Assembly: GCF_902713615.1 (NCBI RefSeq)
Contig: NC_052164.1
Coordinates: forward strand, 83,427,830-83,491,829
Origin: Scyliorhinus canicula
Lineage: Eukaryota
DNA: 64,000 nt
Direction: 5' to 3'
Part shown: positions 23,912 to 37,107 of the stretch, one piece after another
Layout of the letters: each line of letters begins with the position of its first letter
Position numbering within the stretch: position 1 is the stretch's first letter
The notes under the pieces: generated by a model
The model's database searches: none
What the model was told of the DNA's origin: nothing
The model's input: only the letters and a program-made list of their open reading frames with translations
Position numbers and translations under genes: made by a program

Positions 23912-26900
23912 TAATGCTCGATCAATTGCACAAACACGAGAGTTGAATACAACTGAGGCTTTATTACACTAGGATGTGTGGCCTTCCACAGCAGCTGACG
24001 AAATGGCTGCTGTACGGGGAGCACACATATTTATACTCTGCCTACTAGGCGGAGCCAGTACTACCGCCGTACCTGCGCTACAGGGCCTTACCATACATAC
24101 CCTAATATATACAGCAGTGGTTACTTCCACATTCACCCCCTGTTAAAACTGAGTCTGGCAGGGGTGGTGGAGAACTATATACAGCACAAGTTTAATACAC
24201 AGAGAAAAAAATTTTGAGTCCAGAACCATGTCAGGTTTAGCCGGTCCGGATCCTTGATCTGAGGTTGGGAGTGACACAGTGATGGCGGTGATTCAGGCGC
24301 CAGTCGGGTCCTTGATGACTCCGGGAGTATGCTGAGATCCTCTTCATCCTCGGGTGTGGACAGGGGGAGGACGGATGGTCCTGGGGGGGTTTCTGCTGGG
24401 TGCGCCAGGGGAGGGGAGGGTGGCGCCAGGCTGGGGGGGTGTATGTGCATGGAACCTGCTGGTGCCAGATCCCTGAGAGAGACAGTATCTTGGCGGCTGT
24501 CGGGGTACGCTACATAGGCATACTGGGGGTTGGCGTGGAGTAACTGCAGCCTTTCCACCAACAGGTCCGCCTTGTGGAGTCGTGCGTGCTTACGGAGGAG
24601 TACGGGTCCTGGAGCTGCGAGCCAAGTCGGGAGTGAAATCCCGGAGGTGGACGTCCTGGGGAACGCAAAGAGACGTTCATAGGATGTGTCGTTAGTCGCA
24701 ATGCATAGGAGCGACTGAATGGAGAGCAGTGCATCGGGGATCACCTGCCAGCGGGAGGCCGAGAGATTTCTGGACCGTAGGGCCAGCTGGACGGCCCTCC
24801 AGACCGTCCCATTCTCCCTCTCCACTTGCCCGTTTCCCCGGGGGTTGTAGCTGGTCGTCCTGCTCGAGGCGATACCCTTGTGGAGCAGGAACTGACGCAG
24901 ATCATCGCTCACGAATGAGGTTCCCCTGTCACTGTGGATGTAGGCGGGGAAGCCGAACAGGGCGAAGATGGTGTTGAGGGCTTTGATGATGGTAGCAGAC
25001 ATCATGTTGGTGCATGGGATGGCGAAGGGGAATCCTGTGTACTCATCGACCACACTTGAGGAAATACATGTTCCGGTTGGTGGAGGGAGGTCCACGCTGA
25101 GGCGTTCAAAGGGGTGGGAGGTCTTCACCAGGCATGCATGGTCCGGCCTGGTAGAAGTGAGGTTTGCACTCTGCACAGACCAGGCAGTCTCTGGTGATGG
25201 CCTTGACTTCCTCGACGGACTAGGGCTGATTGCGGGCCTGAATGAAGTGGTACAACCGTGTGACAAAGGTTGTCGTGCAGAGTCCGGAGTCGGTGAACCT
25301 GTGCGCTGGCACATGTACCTCGGGATAGGGCATCGGTGGGCTCGTTGAGCTTAATGGGCCGATACAAAATCTCGTAGTTGTAGGTGGAGAGCTCGATCCT
25401 CCACCTCAAGATTTTTTCGTTTTTGATCTTGCCCCGCTGGGTGTTGTTAAACATGAAGGGTACTGACCGTTGGTCAGTGAGGAGAGTGAATCTTCTGCTG
25501 GCCAGGTAATGCCTCCAATGCCGCACAGCTTTAACAATGGCCTGGGCCTATTTTTCGACGGAGGAGTGCCAAATTTCGGAGGCATGATGGGTTCCTGAAA
25601 AGAATGCCATGGGCCTATCTGCCTGGTTGACGGTGGCGGCTAGAGCGATGTCTGATGTGTCGCTCTCCACTTGAATGGGTACTGTCTCGTCGACTGCATG
25701 CATCGCGGCCTTGGCGATGTCGGCCCTAATACGGTTGAAGGCCTGTTGAGCCTCGGCCGGCAGGGGGAAAAGGGTGGACTGGATGAGTGGACGGGCCTTG
25801 TCCGCATAATTTGGAACCCACTGGGTGTAGTAAGAAAAGAACCCCAGGCAGCGTTTGAGGGCCTTGTGGCAGTGAGGAAGGGGGAGTTCCATGAGGGGGC
25901 GCATGAGGTTTGGGGTCGGGCCTCAGAACACAATTATGGATCACATAGCCGAGGATGGCTAAGCGGTTCATGCTGAATACGCACTTCTCCTTGTTATAAG
26001 TGAGGTTTAGGAGAGTGGCGGTGTGGAGAAATTTGGCAAGGTTGGCGTCGTGGTCCTGCTGGACGTGGCCGCAGATGGTGACATTATCTCGGTACGGGAA
26101 AGTGGCCCACAGCCCTTACCGGTCGACCATTCGATCCATGTCCCTTTGGAAGTCCGTGAACCCGTTGGTGATGCCGAAGGGAACCCTAAGAAAGTGTTAG
26201 AGGTGGCCATCTGCCTGGAAGGCAGTGTATGGGCAGTTTGCCTTACGGATGGGGAGCTAGTGGTAGGCGGAGTTTTGGTCGACAGTTGAGAAGACCCGAT
26301 ACTGTGCAATCTGATTGACCATTTCAGATATGCGTGGGAGGGGGTACGCGTCGAGCTGCGTGTACTGACTGATGGTCTGGCTGTAGTCCATGACCATTCT
26401 GTGTTTCTCCCCCGTTTTCACCACTACCACTTGGGCTCTCCAGGGGTTGCTGCTGGCCTCGATGATTCCTCCGCTGAACCTCGGACCTGATGAAGGTCCT
26501 GTCCTGGGTGCTGTACCGTCTGCTCCTGGTGGCGACGGGTTTGCAATCCAGGGTTAGGTTTGCGAATAGGGAAGGTGGGTCGACCTTTAGGGTCGCGAGG
26601 CCGCAACAGTAAGGGGTGGTCGGGGCCCGCCGAATTTCAATGTTAGGCTCTGAAGGTTACACTGGAAGTCCAGGCCGAGTAGCAAGGCAGCGCAGAGGTT
26701 GGGGAGGACGTGGAGCCGGAAGCCGCTGAACGCTACGCCCTGGATAGTGAGCGTGGCTATGCAGTACCCCCGGATCGCCACGGAGTGGGACCCGGAGGCC
26801 AGGGAGATTCGCTGATTGGCGGGGTGTACCGCGAGGGAGCAGCGCCTTACCGTATCTGGATGTATGAAGCTCTCGGTGCTCCCGGAGACCAGCAGACAGG

Positions 26901-27009
26901 AGATCTCGTGCCCATCGATCTTCACGCTTGTGGAGGGACTACCCCCATACCTGTAGTACAGGGCCTCACTATACATACCCTAATATATACAGCAGTGGTT
27001 ACTACCACA
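23912..27009 (-). mobile_element. Gypsy family-2 LTR retrotransposon (PR-RT-RH-INT, degenerate; gag and PBS deleted)
   Basis: 3' LTR 23912-24131, 5' LTR remnant about 26933-27009, 5-bp TSD cgatg (23907-23911, 27010-27014); PR, RH and INT (SDRG, GQVEREN) motifs. Confidence 0.92.
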
Positions 27010-27609
27010 CGATGTATAACGCACAATTGGGTAATTCTGAAACAACTTTTGTTAGTTAACCATTGAAATGTGGCTGAGGGTTTTTCATGACAAATGGCGT
27101 AACTTTGAATTGGTATATACCATCTGGAGTCACAAAAGCTGAAATCTCCTCTGCCCATTCAGATAAAGCTACCTGTCAGTAACCTTTTAGTAAATCCAGT
27201 TTGGAAATAAAAACTGATTGTCCCACCTTCTCAATGCAATTCTCCAAACGTGGGATAGAATAAGAGTGCATTCTTGTAACTGCATTAACCTTTTTATAGT
27301 GTACACCAACCTTTGAGTACCATCTGGTTTCGGTACCATCACTATGGGTGAGCCCCATTCCTTCAACCAATTTCAATTATGCCATTTTAAAGCATATTTT
27401 CAATTTCTTTGTTAACCTGTGCCAATTTTAAACGGTTAAGTCTATATGGATGTTGTTTAACTGGAACATCATTTCTCACATCTACATCATGTATAGCCAT
27501 TTTAGTACTTCCCATCTTATCTCCACAAACTTGCCCATGTGATAACAATAACTCTTTCAGGTCAGTTCGTTTTTCCTCTGGAAGGTAACTCAACCATTTA
27601 TTCCAATTA

Positions 27610-27800
27610 GGGGCTGGTTTAGCTCACTCAGCTAAATCGCTGGCTTTTAAAGCAGACCAAGCAGGCCAGCAGCACGGTTCAATTCCCGTACCAGCATCCC
27701 TGGACAGGCGCCGAAATGTGGCGACTAAGGGCTTTTCACAGTAACTTCATTGAAGCCTACTCGTGACAATAAAGCAATTTTCATTTTTTTCATTTCATTT
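27610..27800 (+). mobile_element. tRNA-derived SINE with (tttca)n tail
   Basis: gggctggtttagctca..ggttcaattcccg; tail gtgacaataaagc..tttcattt. Confidence 0.8.
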
Positions 27801-28174
27801 TCAATTTTTATGAACATCTTCGTTTTCCAATTTAATTTGAGGGATGTCAAATTCAAAGTAATCTGGATTTGGAGTTAGAATCATTAAAACCTCCTCCGTT
27901 TGCTCTCCTTTCCTTTCAAAGTATCTTTTAAGCATATTCACATGACACACTTGGTGCGTTTTCCTTCTATCTGGCTTTCTTACCACATAATTCACCTCAC
28001 TTAATTTCCTTTCAATCTGATAAGGTCCACAAAACCTTGCTTTTAAAGATTCACCTACCACTGGTAACAATACTAAAACTTTATCTCCACTGGCAAAACT
28101 ACGAACTTTGGATTTCTTGTCCGTGACCCGTTTCATCACATTTTGTGCAACTTTTAAATGTTGTCTCGCCAATT

Positions 28175-28357
28175 GAAATGAAATGAAAATTGCTTATTGT
28201 CACGAGTAGACTTCAATTAAGTTACTGTGAAAAGCCCCTAGTCGCCACATTTTGGCGCCTGTTCGGGGAGGCTGGTACGGGAATTGAACCGTGCTGCTGG
28301 CCTGCCTTGGTCTGCTTTAAAAGCCAGTGATTTAGCCCAATGTGCCAAACCAGCCCC
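28175..28357 (-). mobile_element. tRNA-derived SINE, same family as 27610-27800
   Basis: Reverse-complement similarity; (gaaat)n tail. Confidence 0.8.
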
Positions 28358-29419
28358 TACTCTATTAAATTATTCCCTAAAATTTGACACGTAATCCAAT
28401 AATGTAAATTCTGATTTTTCACCCACCAATTTTTTCTTAAATCAATTTAAGTGGTCCTCTTACCTCATGACCAAAAATTAATTCAAAAGGACTGAATTTG
28501 GTTGACTCATTAGGTGCATCCCTAATTGCAAACAGTACGAATGGAATTCCTTTATCCCAATCCTCTGGATAATCATGACAATAAGCCCTCAACATTGTCT
28601 TTAATGTCTGCGGCCACCTTTCTAACTCTCCCTGCGATTCTGGATGGTGCACAGTTGATTTAAGTTGTTTTATTCCTTGCTATCCACAACTTCTTTGAAT
28701 AACCTTGAGGTAAAATTTGATCCTTGATCCGATTATATTTCTGTGGTGGGTAGTCCATATCTAGTAAAGAATTTAAGTAACTCCTCCACAACCTTTTTAG
28801 CTGTAATATTGTGGACTGGAAAGGCCTCGGGAAACCTAGTAGGCACATCCATTATAGTCAAAAGATATTTATTCCCACTTTTCATTTGAGTAAGAGGTCC
28901 TAGGCAATCAATTAAGACCCTTGCAAATGGTTCCTCAAATGCTGGTATGGGTACTAAGGGCACTGGTTTTATCACTGCTTGAAGTTTCCCTATCACTTGA
29001 CATGTGTGACATAAGCAACAAAATTTAACTACATCTTTATTTAGTCCAGACCAATAAAAATGTTTTTGGATTTTAGCTTGAGTTTTCCTTACTCCCAAAT
29101 GACCTCCCACTGGTATCTCATGTGCTATTCGCAACACCTTCTTTCTACACCCTACCGGCAATACCACTTGATGAACGTCTGCCCACTGTTCATCCGCCTG
29201 CTTATGTAAAGGTCTCCATTTACTCATCAAGACATTATTTTTATGATAATAACATTCTGGTATACACTCAGATTCCTCTTCCGTATATGCTTTCTGATAC
29301 ATCTGTTTTATTTCTATATATTTCTGTTGGAACTCCACCAATTTTCCTGAACTAAAAATATCTGCCTCATCCTCCACCTGTTCTTGTTTTTTTCCAATCT
29401 GATCAAAAGTTGTTTCTGA

Positions 29420-32400
29420 TGACTTCCGCTTGTGACCACGGAGTGATTGGTCACATAAAGGGCTGTTCCTGTTCAAAGTCACAGAAAAGGTCTCTTTTTA
29501 CCCAGATCTGGATGTAATTTTGATGAAAAGGGGTAGGTGAATGTTAGAGGAGTTTACCCCTGGAATAGTATCTCTTCTGATCACTGGACCCAGCAGAAAA
29601 CAGTGAGAGGTGTGGCTGGAAAGTTGAAACAGGCTTGTGCTTCACAGACAGTCTCTTCCAGCATGCAGTTGGGGGAGTGGCAAGCTGTAAGGCCACAGAT
29701 ACAGGAACTGATGACTTTTATCAAGGAGGAATTCCATAAACAGAGGAAAGAAATACATGAAGATCATGCAAACGCCATTGCAGAAGCTGTGGCACCCCTG
29801 AAGAGTACTTTGGAGCGGATGGAGAGGTGTTTGGAGGTGCAGGGGTCACAGATTCGGGAGATTGAAGGAGTGATCTCGGACCACAGCAATCGTGTGGTGG
29901 CCCTGGAGGTGGAAGAGGGGTTCCTGGGGGGCCTTTGTAAAATGCTGAGGGAAAAGGTTGAGGAGCAGGAGAATACCTCGAGTGAACAGAACCTGCGAAG
30001 AGTGGGCCTGCCTGAATGTGTGAAAGTGCCACGAGGTACGTCTCGAGGATGCTGGCGGGACTGGTGGCAGAATGGATGCTAGATAAGGCACCTGAAGTGG
30101 ACCGAGCCCATGCGTCTCTGAGGCAAAAGCCTAGAGCTGGGGAGCCGCTGCGGGCGGTGATCGTGAGACTCCATAAATTTGTGGAGAAAGAGAAAATTCT
30201 ATGGTGGGCCGGGGAGAAGTGTAGCTGCGACTGGGAGGGAAATAACGCCCGGAATGATCAGGGCTTCGGAGCCGAGTTTGCAAAACGGCGGGCAGGTTTC
30301 AACAAGGCCAAGGCGGTGCTGTATCGGCAGCAGATCAGGTTTGGGGTGCTCTACCCGGCAAAATTATGGGTGACGTTCGGAGGCTGGGAGTATTATTTCG
30401 AGACCCCAGACGCGGCCGAAGACTTCATTAAGGAGCATAAATTGGGGGAGAACTGAGTGGACAATGCTTGGGAACCGGGGTGCTTGCACTATGTAATGGT
30501 CGGGAGCATGTTTGAAGTTGGTGTAAGGATTGGGGGATTTTCGCCTTTTTTTGTGTGGAGGGGGTTTCTGTTCAATGTTGAGATTGTAAGGAGTTGTAGG
30601 GGTGAAACGTTTATGTGGGGATGGATGTTCTCATCCCCCCTCCTGCTTTATGGGACTGTTTGTGTTTAACATCTGTTTGTTTGCTTTTGGAGAAGGCTAC
30701 CTGGAGTCCAGGAGAAGTCGTTGTTTGGGTGGGGGAGGGTAAGGCCAGCAGGAGGCCTTCTTCTTTGAGCTGAGGAGTGGGGGGGTGGAGAGGGAGGGGG
30801 AGGTCATTAGGATGTGCCTTTGGGCCGGGGCAGCCGCGCTAGCAGGTTATGCTGGTGAACCGAAGTGAGGTGGTGGGGGAGAAAGCCAAGAGGGGTGGCC
30901 GGGGGGAGGGGGGAAGGGGAAAAGTGGGGGGGGGGTTTCTGCGACGCTGCAGGATGTGAGAGATGACATGGTCAAGGACAATGAAAGGGGCCATCTGGGA
31001 TGGGCTAGGTACAGAATGGAATTAAAGGGGCAGGAATTAAGTGGGGAAGATGACGGACGGTAGAGGGGATTGGAGGCGCAAGCCTCCGGTAAGGTTGGTA
31101 ACGTGGAACTTCCGGGGACTGAATGGGCCGGTTGAAAGGTCACGGGTGTTCGAGCACCTCAGGAGCTTGAAAGCGGGGGTGTCCCTTTGCAGGAGACACA
31201 CTCCGTATGAAGGACCAGGTTAGGTTAAGGAAGGGGTGGGTCGGGCAGGTTTTTCACTCGGGGTTTGATTTGAAATCGAGGGGTGTGGCGATTTTAATGA
31301 GCAAAAAAATGGGATTTGTGAGTGCGAAGGAGGTGAGTGATCCAGTTGGGAGATATGTGATTGTGAGTGGGGTATTGGAAGGAGCACCGGTAGTGATGGT
31401 AAATGTGTAAGCCCCAAATTGGGATGTTGTGGGTTTTATGAGGGGGTTGCTGGGAGCAATCCCGGATTTGGCCACGTACCAGTTGATCATGGGAGGAGAT
31501 TTTAACTGTGTCCTGGAGCCGAGGGCGGATAGATCAAGCCACAGTTTGATGGGTAGGGTACGAATGGCAAGGGAGCTGGGGGGTTTATGGAGAGGATGGG
31601 TATGGTGGATCCATTGCGCTTTCAGAACCAGGTGGAGGGGAGTATTCCTTTGTTTTACACGTCTGTAAGGTGTATTCGAGGGTTGATTACTTTGTAGTGA
31701 GTCGGGAGATTTTGGTTGGGGTGGAGGGGGCAGAGTATGCGGGGATAGTTATCTCGGACCATGCAGCCCACTGGCTGGATATTCGGTTCAGTACGGGATG
31801 AGAGCAGAGGCCGGGGTGGAGGTTTGACTCGGGGTTGTTGGCGGATGGAGGTTTTTGTGATAAGGTGCGGTTGGCGATTAGGGATTAGGTGGAGTTCAAT
31901 CAGAATGGGGAAGTGTCGGCGGGCATTTTTTGGGAAGCACTGAAGGCAGTGGTCCGGGGAGAAATTATCTCATTTACGCGAGATAAGGAAAGGAGGGCGG
32001 GGCATGACCGTCTAGTGAGCGAGACAGTGGAGGTGGAATATTCGAGGGTGCCCACCGTGTTGGGATTGGCGAGGAGGAAAAGGTTACAGGGGCAATTTGA
32101 CAGGCTGACAACGGGGAGGGCGGTAGGGCAACTGCGTAGGGCCAGAGGGGTGTAAGACGAGTATGGGGAGAAGGCGAACCGCATGCCGGCGCACCAGCTG
32201 TGGAGGCAGGCTGCGTCCAGGGAAATATTGAAGATCCGGACTGGGGCTGGGGATGTGGTGTCAGAGCCAGGGAAGATAAATGAGGCATTTAGAGAGTGTT
32301 ACCAGGGACTTTATGAGGCAGACCCAGGAGGAGAGGAGGTGGACATGAGGTGGTTTCTAGACGAGCTGGAATTTCCCCAGGTGGAGGAAGCAAAGAGACA

Positions 32401-33615
32401 GGCACTGGAGGAGCCCCTGGGGCTGAGAGAGGTGCTGGATATTATTAGAATTAGAATTGGAACAGTACAGCACAGAACAGGCCCTTCGGCCCTCAATGTT
32501 GTGCCGAGCAATGATCACCCTACGTATCCACCCTATACCAGTAACCCAACAACCCTATTAACATTATTTTTTTAGGACACTAAGGGCAATTTAGCCTGGC
32601 CAATCCACCTAACCCGCACATCTTTGGACTGTGGGAGGAAACCGGAGCACCCGGAGGAAACCCACGCACACACGGGGAGGACGTGCAGACTCCGCACAGA
32701 CAGTGACCCAGCCGGGAATTGAACCTGGGACCCTGGAGCTGTGAAGCATTGATGCTAACCACCATGCTACCGTGCTGCCCTTATTATCAGGGGTATTAAG
32801 TCGGGGAAAGCCCCTGGGCCGGATGGGTACCCGGGAGAATTTTATAAGGAATTTGCAGCGGACTGTTGGGGGCATTTAATGAAGCACCGGAGAAGGGGGA
32901 GTTGCCGGAGATGATGAAGCAGGCAGTAATCACACTAATCTGCAAAAAAGGGAAGGATCCGGTGGAATGTGCGTCGTATAGACCCATATCACTATTGAAC
33001 ACGGATGTGAAAGTATTGGCTAATTTGTTGGCGGGGAGGATGGAGGATTGTGTCCCGGGGGTGGTTGTAGAAGATCAAACGGGCTTCATGAAGGGCAGGC
33101 AGCTCGCATGTAATATAAGACGACTGTTAAATGTGGTGATGAATCCGTCAAGAACTCTCGTACCGGAGGTGGTGGTGTCCATGGACACGGAGAAAGCATT
33201 TGATCAGATGGAGTGGGAGTACTTGTTTGAAGTCTTGGGAAGGTTTAGGTTTGGGCCGTGATTTGTGGCATGGGTGATTTTGCTGTAAGTGGCACCAAGA
33301 GCGAGGGTGAGGACGAATGATATGAGCTCACGAAGCTTTGACTTACACAGGGGTATAAGGCAGGGGTGCCCGCTGTTGCCGCTGCTATTTGCGCTGGCCA
33401 TAGAGCCATTGGTGATGGCTCTCAGGAGGTCGGCAGAGTGGCAGGGGATAATGAGGGGACAGAGGGAGCATTGGGTTTCGCTCTATGCCAATGACCTCTT
33501 GCTGTATGTTTCGGATCCGTTGGGGAGTATGGGAAGGATGATGGGCCTGTTGGGGAGGTTTGGAGGGTTCTTGGGATACAAGCTGAATGTCGGAAAAAGC
33601 CAGGTATTCCCCTTT
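29420..33615 (+). mobile_element. L1-clade LINE, ORF1 + ORF2 (EN, RT), degenerate, 3'-truncated
   Basis: ORF1 QNLRRVGLPE..EVDRAH..AVIVRLH; ORF2 LVTWNFRGL, GGDFN, DTEKAFD, QGCPL, YAND. Confidence 0.9.
32447..32780 (-). mobile_element. HE1-like SINE inserted in the L1
   Basis: Full tRNA head and CR1-type (ttctaa)n tail. Confidence 0.88.
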
Positions 33616-33779
33616 GAGGGGGAGAGTAACCTAGGGTCATCTGGGACTATGGTGATTTTACTTACTTAGTTAGTGTCATGGGATCTCCTCTGTCTATCTG
33701 ACATTGATGACAGTGCCTCAGGTTAACATCTTATTTTAAGGCAACACCTCCAACACTACTGTAATGAACCGTCTGCCCA

Positions 33780-34511
33780 GAGCGGAGAATCAGCGCCATT
33801 GGCGCCAGCGTGGTTGGCGCGGCGCCGGTCGCGGGCCGCTCTGCGTGGCCGGCCTGCCCATTCTCTGGCCCGAATGGGCCCGGCGGCCGTAGGAAAGGAG
33901 CCGAGTCCCATCAGCGCCATTCTAACCTGCTCTGGGCCGGCGGGACCTTGGCGTATAATGAAAAATGAAAATCGCTTATTGTCACGAGTAGGCTTCAATG
34001 AAGTTACTGTGAAAAGCCCCTAGTCGCCACATTCCGGCACCTGTTGGGGGAGGCTGGTACGAGTGGCGGCCTGTGGGGGGGTGGGGGGGTCCGACCCCAG
34101 GGGGGGGGGGGGGGGGCCTCCGATGTGGCCTGGCCCGCGATCGGGACTCACAGATCGGTGGGCCGGCCTCTCTGGCTGGGGGCCTCCTTTCCTACTCGCC
34201 GGCCCCTGTAGCCCTGCGCCATGTTGCGTCAGGGACGGCGCATTGAAGAAGGCCACTGCGCATGCATGTGTTGCCGCCGGCGCCACTACGCATGTCCTCA
34301 TTGGCGCCGGCTCAACTGCGCATGCACAGATCCCGCAGCGCACAGTTCGCGCGGGATCTGCAGCTGGAACGACGTGAACCTCGCCAGCGCCGTGCTGGCC
34401 CCCTGTGTGGGCCAGAATTAGATGTGGGAGTGGCCCGTTCACACTGTCGTAAAACGCGACGGCGTTTACGAAAGCGTGAATACTCTGCCGCGGGACTGGA
34501 GAATCCAGCCC
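33780..34511. mobile_element. Harbinger-type MITE remnant with SINE fragment (about 33958-34060)
   Basis: Ends ggagaatccagccc; GC-rich internal palindromes. Confidence 0.6.
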
Positions 34512-34690
34512 CATAGCTTTTGGAGTATCCAGTGCCTTCAGCCGTTTCTTGATATTGCAGAAAGTGCATCGTATTGGCTGAAGACTGACATCTGTGAAGC
34601 TGGGGACCTCTGGAGAACACCGAGATGGATCATCCACTCGGCACTTCTGGCTGAAGAGTGTCAGCCTCAGCCTTGACTTTTGCACATCAG

Positions 34691-36511
34691 GGGCGAAATT
34701 CTCCGACCCCACGCAGGGTCGGAGAATCCGCCGGCAGCGGCGTTAATCCCGCTCCCGCAGGGTTTTTAAATCTCTGACCGGCCAAAAAACCGGCGCTGTT
34801 GCAAATCCCGCCGGCAGCCTCTGAAAAACAGCTGGCGCCGTTCCGTGTGCTTGGGGGGGGGGGGGGGGGGGGGGGGGGTGTGCGGCTCGGGGGTGGTTGC
34901 GGCATCGGGGGGGGTGTGCGGCATCGGGGGGGGGCCCGGGGGGTTGCGGCATCGGGGGGGGGGCATCGGGGGGGGGTGGGTTCGGCATCGGGGGGTTGCG
35001 GCATCGGGGGGGGGTTGCGGCATCGGGGGGGTTGCGGCATCGGGGGGGTCGCGGCACGGGGGTTTGCGGCATCGGGGGGGGTTGCGGCATCGGGGGGGGG
35101 GGGGGGGGTGTTGCGGCATCGGGGGGGGTTGCGGCATCGTCGGGGGGGGATCGGGGGGGGCATGGGGGGGGTTGCGGCATCGGGAGGGTTGCAGCATCGG
35201 GGGGGGGGTTTGGGGGCAGCGGCGTGCAGAGAGGGGGGGCGACGGATGACCGGGGCCAACGCACCGTCGCCCCCCCCTCTATATGCCGCTGCCCCCTACC
35301 CCAACCACCCCCCCCTCACCACCCCTACCTCCCTCCAACGCCCCTACCCCCCTCCCCACCACCCCTACCCCCTTCCCCACCACCCCTACCCCCCTCCAAT
35401 GCCGCCCCCCCATCTCTCGCAATGCCGCAACCCCCCACCCTCAACGCCGCAACCCCCCCTCTCAACGCCGGGTCCCCCCCCTCTCAACGCCGGGGTCCCC
35501 CCCCCTCAACCCCGGGTCCCCCCCCCTCAACGCCGGGTCCCCCCCCCCTCAACGCCGGTACCCACACCCCGTCCCCCTCCCTCTGAAGGCCGGTACCACA
35601 CACACCCCCCCCCTCTCTCCTCCTCCCCCCCTTCCTTCCTCCTCCCCCCTTCCTTCCTCCTCCCCCCCTTCCTTCCTCCTTCCCCCTTCCTTCCTCCTCC
35701 CCCCTTCCTTCCTCCCCCCCTCCATCCTACCCCCCCCTTCCTCCTCCCCCTTCCTTCCTCCTCCCCCCTTCCTTCCTCCTCCCCCCTTCCTTCCTCCCCC
35801 CCTCCTTCCTCCCCCCCTCCTTCCTCCTCCCCCCTTCCTTCCTCCTCCCCCTTCCTTCCTCCATTAGGGGGGGGGTGCGGCGTTAGTGGGGGGGGGTTCG
35901 GCGTTAGTGGGGGGGGGTGCGGCGTTGGAGTGGGGTAGGGGTGGTGAAGGGGGTAGGGGTGGTGAGGGGAGGGGGTTGGGTAGGGGCAGCGGCGTGCAGA
36001 GGGGGGGCGATGGTGCGTTGGCCCCGGGCATCCGTCGCCCCCCTCCTCTGCACGCCGCTGCCCCTACCCCAACCCCCCTCACCACCCCTACCCCCTTCAC
36101 CACCCCTACCCCCCTCCAACGCCGCACCCCCCCCACTAACGCCGCCCCCCCTCTCTCAACTCAACACCGCAAACCCCCCCCCTCAACTCAACGCCGCAAA
36201 GCCCCCCCCCTCAACTCAACGCCGCAAACCCCCCAACGCCGGGTCTGTCTCTCTCTCTCTCCTCCCCCCCCCAAATGCCTGTCTGTCTCTCTCCTCCTCC
36301 CCACCCCCCCAAAATGCCGGTCTGTCTCTCTCCTCCTCATCCTCCCCCCCCCCAAAAGACCGGGTCTCACTACTTCCGCAGCTGGTGAAACTGCTGGCCC
36401 CTCCGGGAACGGAGAATAGCGGCCTAAAAGAAGGCCCCGACGCCGAAGTCATCTACACCGATTTTTCTCGCCGGAAATCGGCGTTACGATGGTCTGCAGA
36501 GAATTTCGCCC
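34691..36511. mobile_element. Harbinger-type MITE filled with G/C-rich minisatellites
   Basis: TIR gggcgaaattctc / gagaatttcgccc; 3-bp TSD cag (34688-34690, 36512-36514). Confidence 0.8.
34850..35860. repeat. Minisatellite arrays (GnTTGCGGCATC)n, (CTCAACGCCGGGTCn)n, (CCTTCCTCCTCCCC)n
   Basis: Visible directly in sequence. Confidence 0.9.
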
Positions 36512-36514
36512 CAG

Positions 36515-37107
36515 GGGCGGGATTCTCCCCTACCCAGCGGGGCGGGGAGTCCGGCGTAGCGGAGTGGCGCCAACCACTCCGGTATCGTCCTGCCCAAAGG
36601 TGCGGCACCATCGGCCTTTGACGCCTGCCGCCCGGCGCCGGGGCTGGCCGAAAGGTGCCGCTGACGTCACCACCGGCGCATGCGCACTGGGGGATTCTCT
36701 TCCACGTCCGCCATGGTGGAGGCTGTGGCGGTGGCGGAAGGGAAAGAGTGCCCCCATGGCACTGGTCTGCCCGCCGATCGGTGGGCCCCAATCGCGGGCC
36801 TGGCCACCGTGGGGGCACCCCCTGGGGTCCGATCGCCTCGGCCCACCCCCAGGACCCCGGGGGCCCGCTCGCGCCGCCGATCCCGCCGCCACCAAAGGTG
36901 GTTCAAACCTCGGCGGTGGGAGAGGCCTCCCAGTGGCGGGACTTTGGCCCATCGCGGGCCAGAGAATTGCCGCAGGGGGCTCGCCGCGGCACGCTTCCCG
37001 CCCCCGCCAATTCCCGGGTGGCGGAGAATTTCTGCCACGGCGGGGGTGGGATTTTCGGCGGCCCCGGGCGATTCTCCGACCCTGCTGGGGGTCGGAGAAT
37101 TTCGCCC
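36515..37107. mobile_element. Harbinger-type MITE
   Basis: TIR gggcgggattctcc / ggagaatttcgccc. Confidence 0.78.

Larger units (their letters stand above)
15749..24726. repeat. Tandem duplication unit carrying copy C (ancestral upstream flank continues to the right)
   Basis: Colinear with unit B and with 1-3058; Gypsy integrase continues unbroken past 24726. Confidence 0.85.
23110..29420 (-). mobile_element. Gmr1-like Gypsy element (INT upstream of RT), interrupted by a Gypsy family-2 element and two SINEs, 5'-truncated at an L1
   Basis: HHCC (AHEIPVGGH..CHTC), core integrase and GPY at 29420-27801, then RT (KLDLLKGY 27376-27176; YIDN..23364) downstream. Confidence 0.85.

Noticed and set aside
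27610-27690. tRNA gene
   Set aside because: tRNA-like head continues into a SINE body and tail; same for the other SINE heads
34850-35215. Regularly spaced repeats resembling a CRISPR array
   Set aside because: Spacers are only G runs, the context is eukaryotic and there are no cas genes
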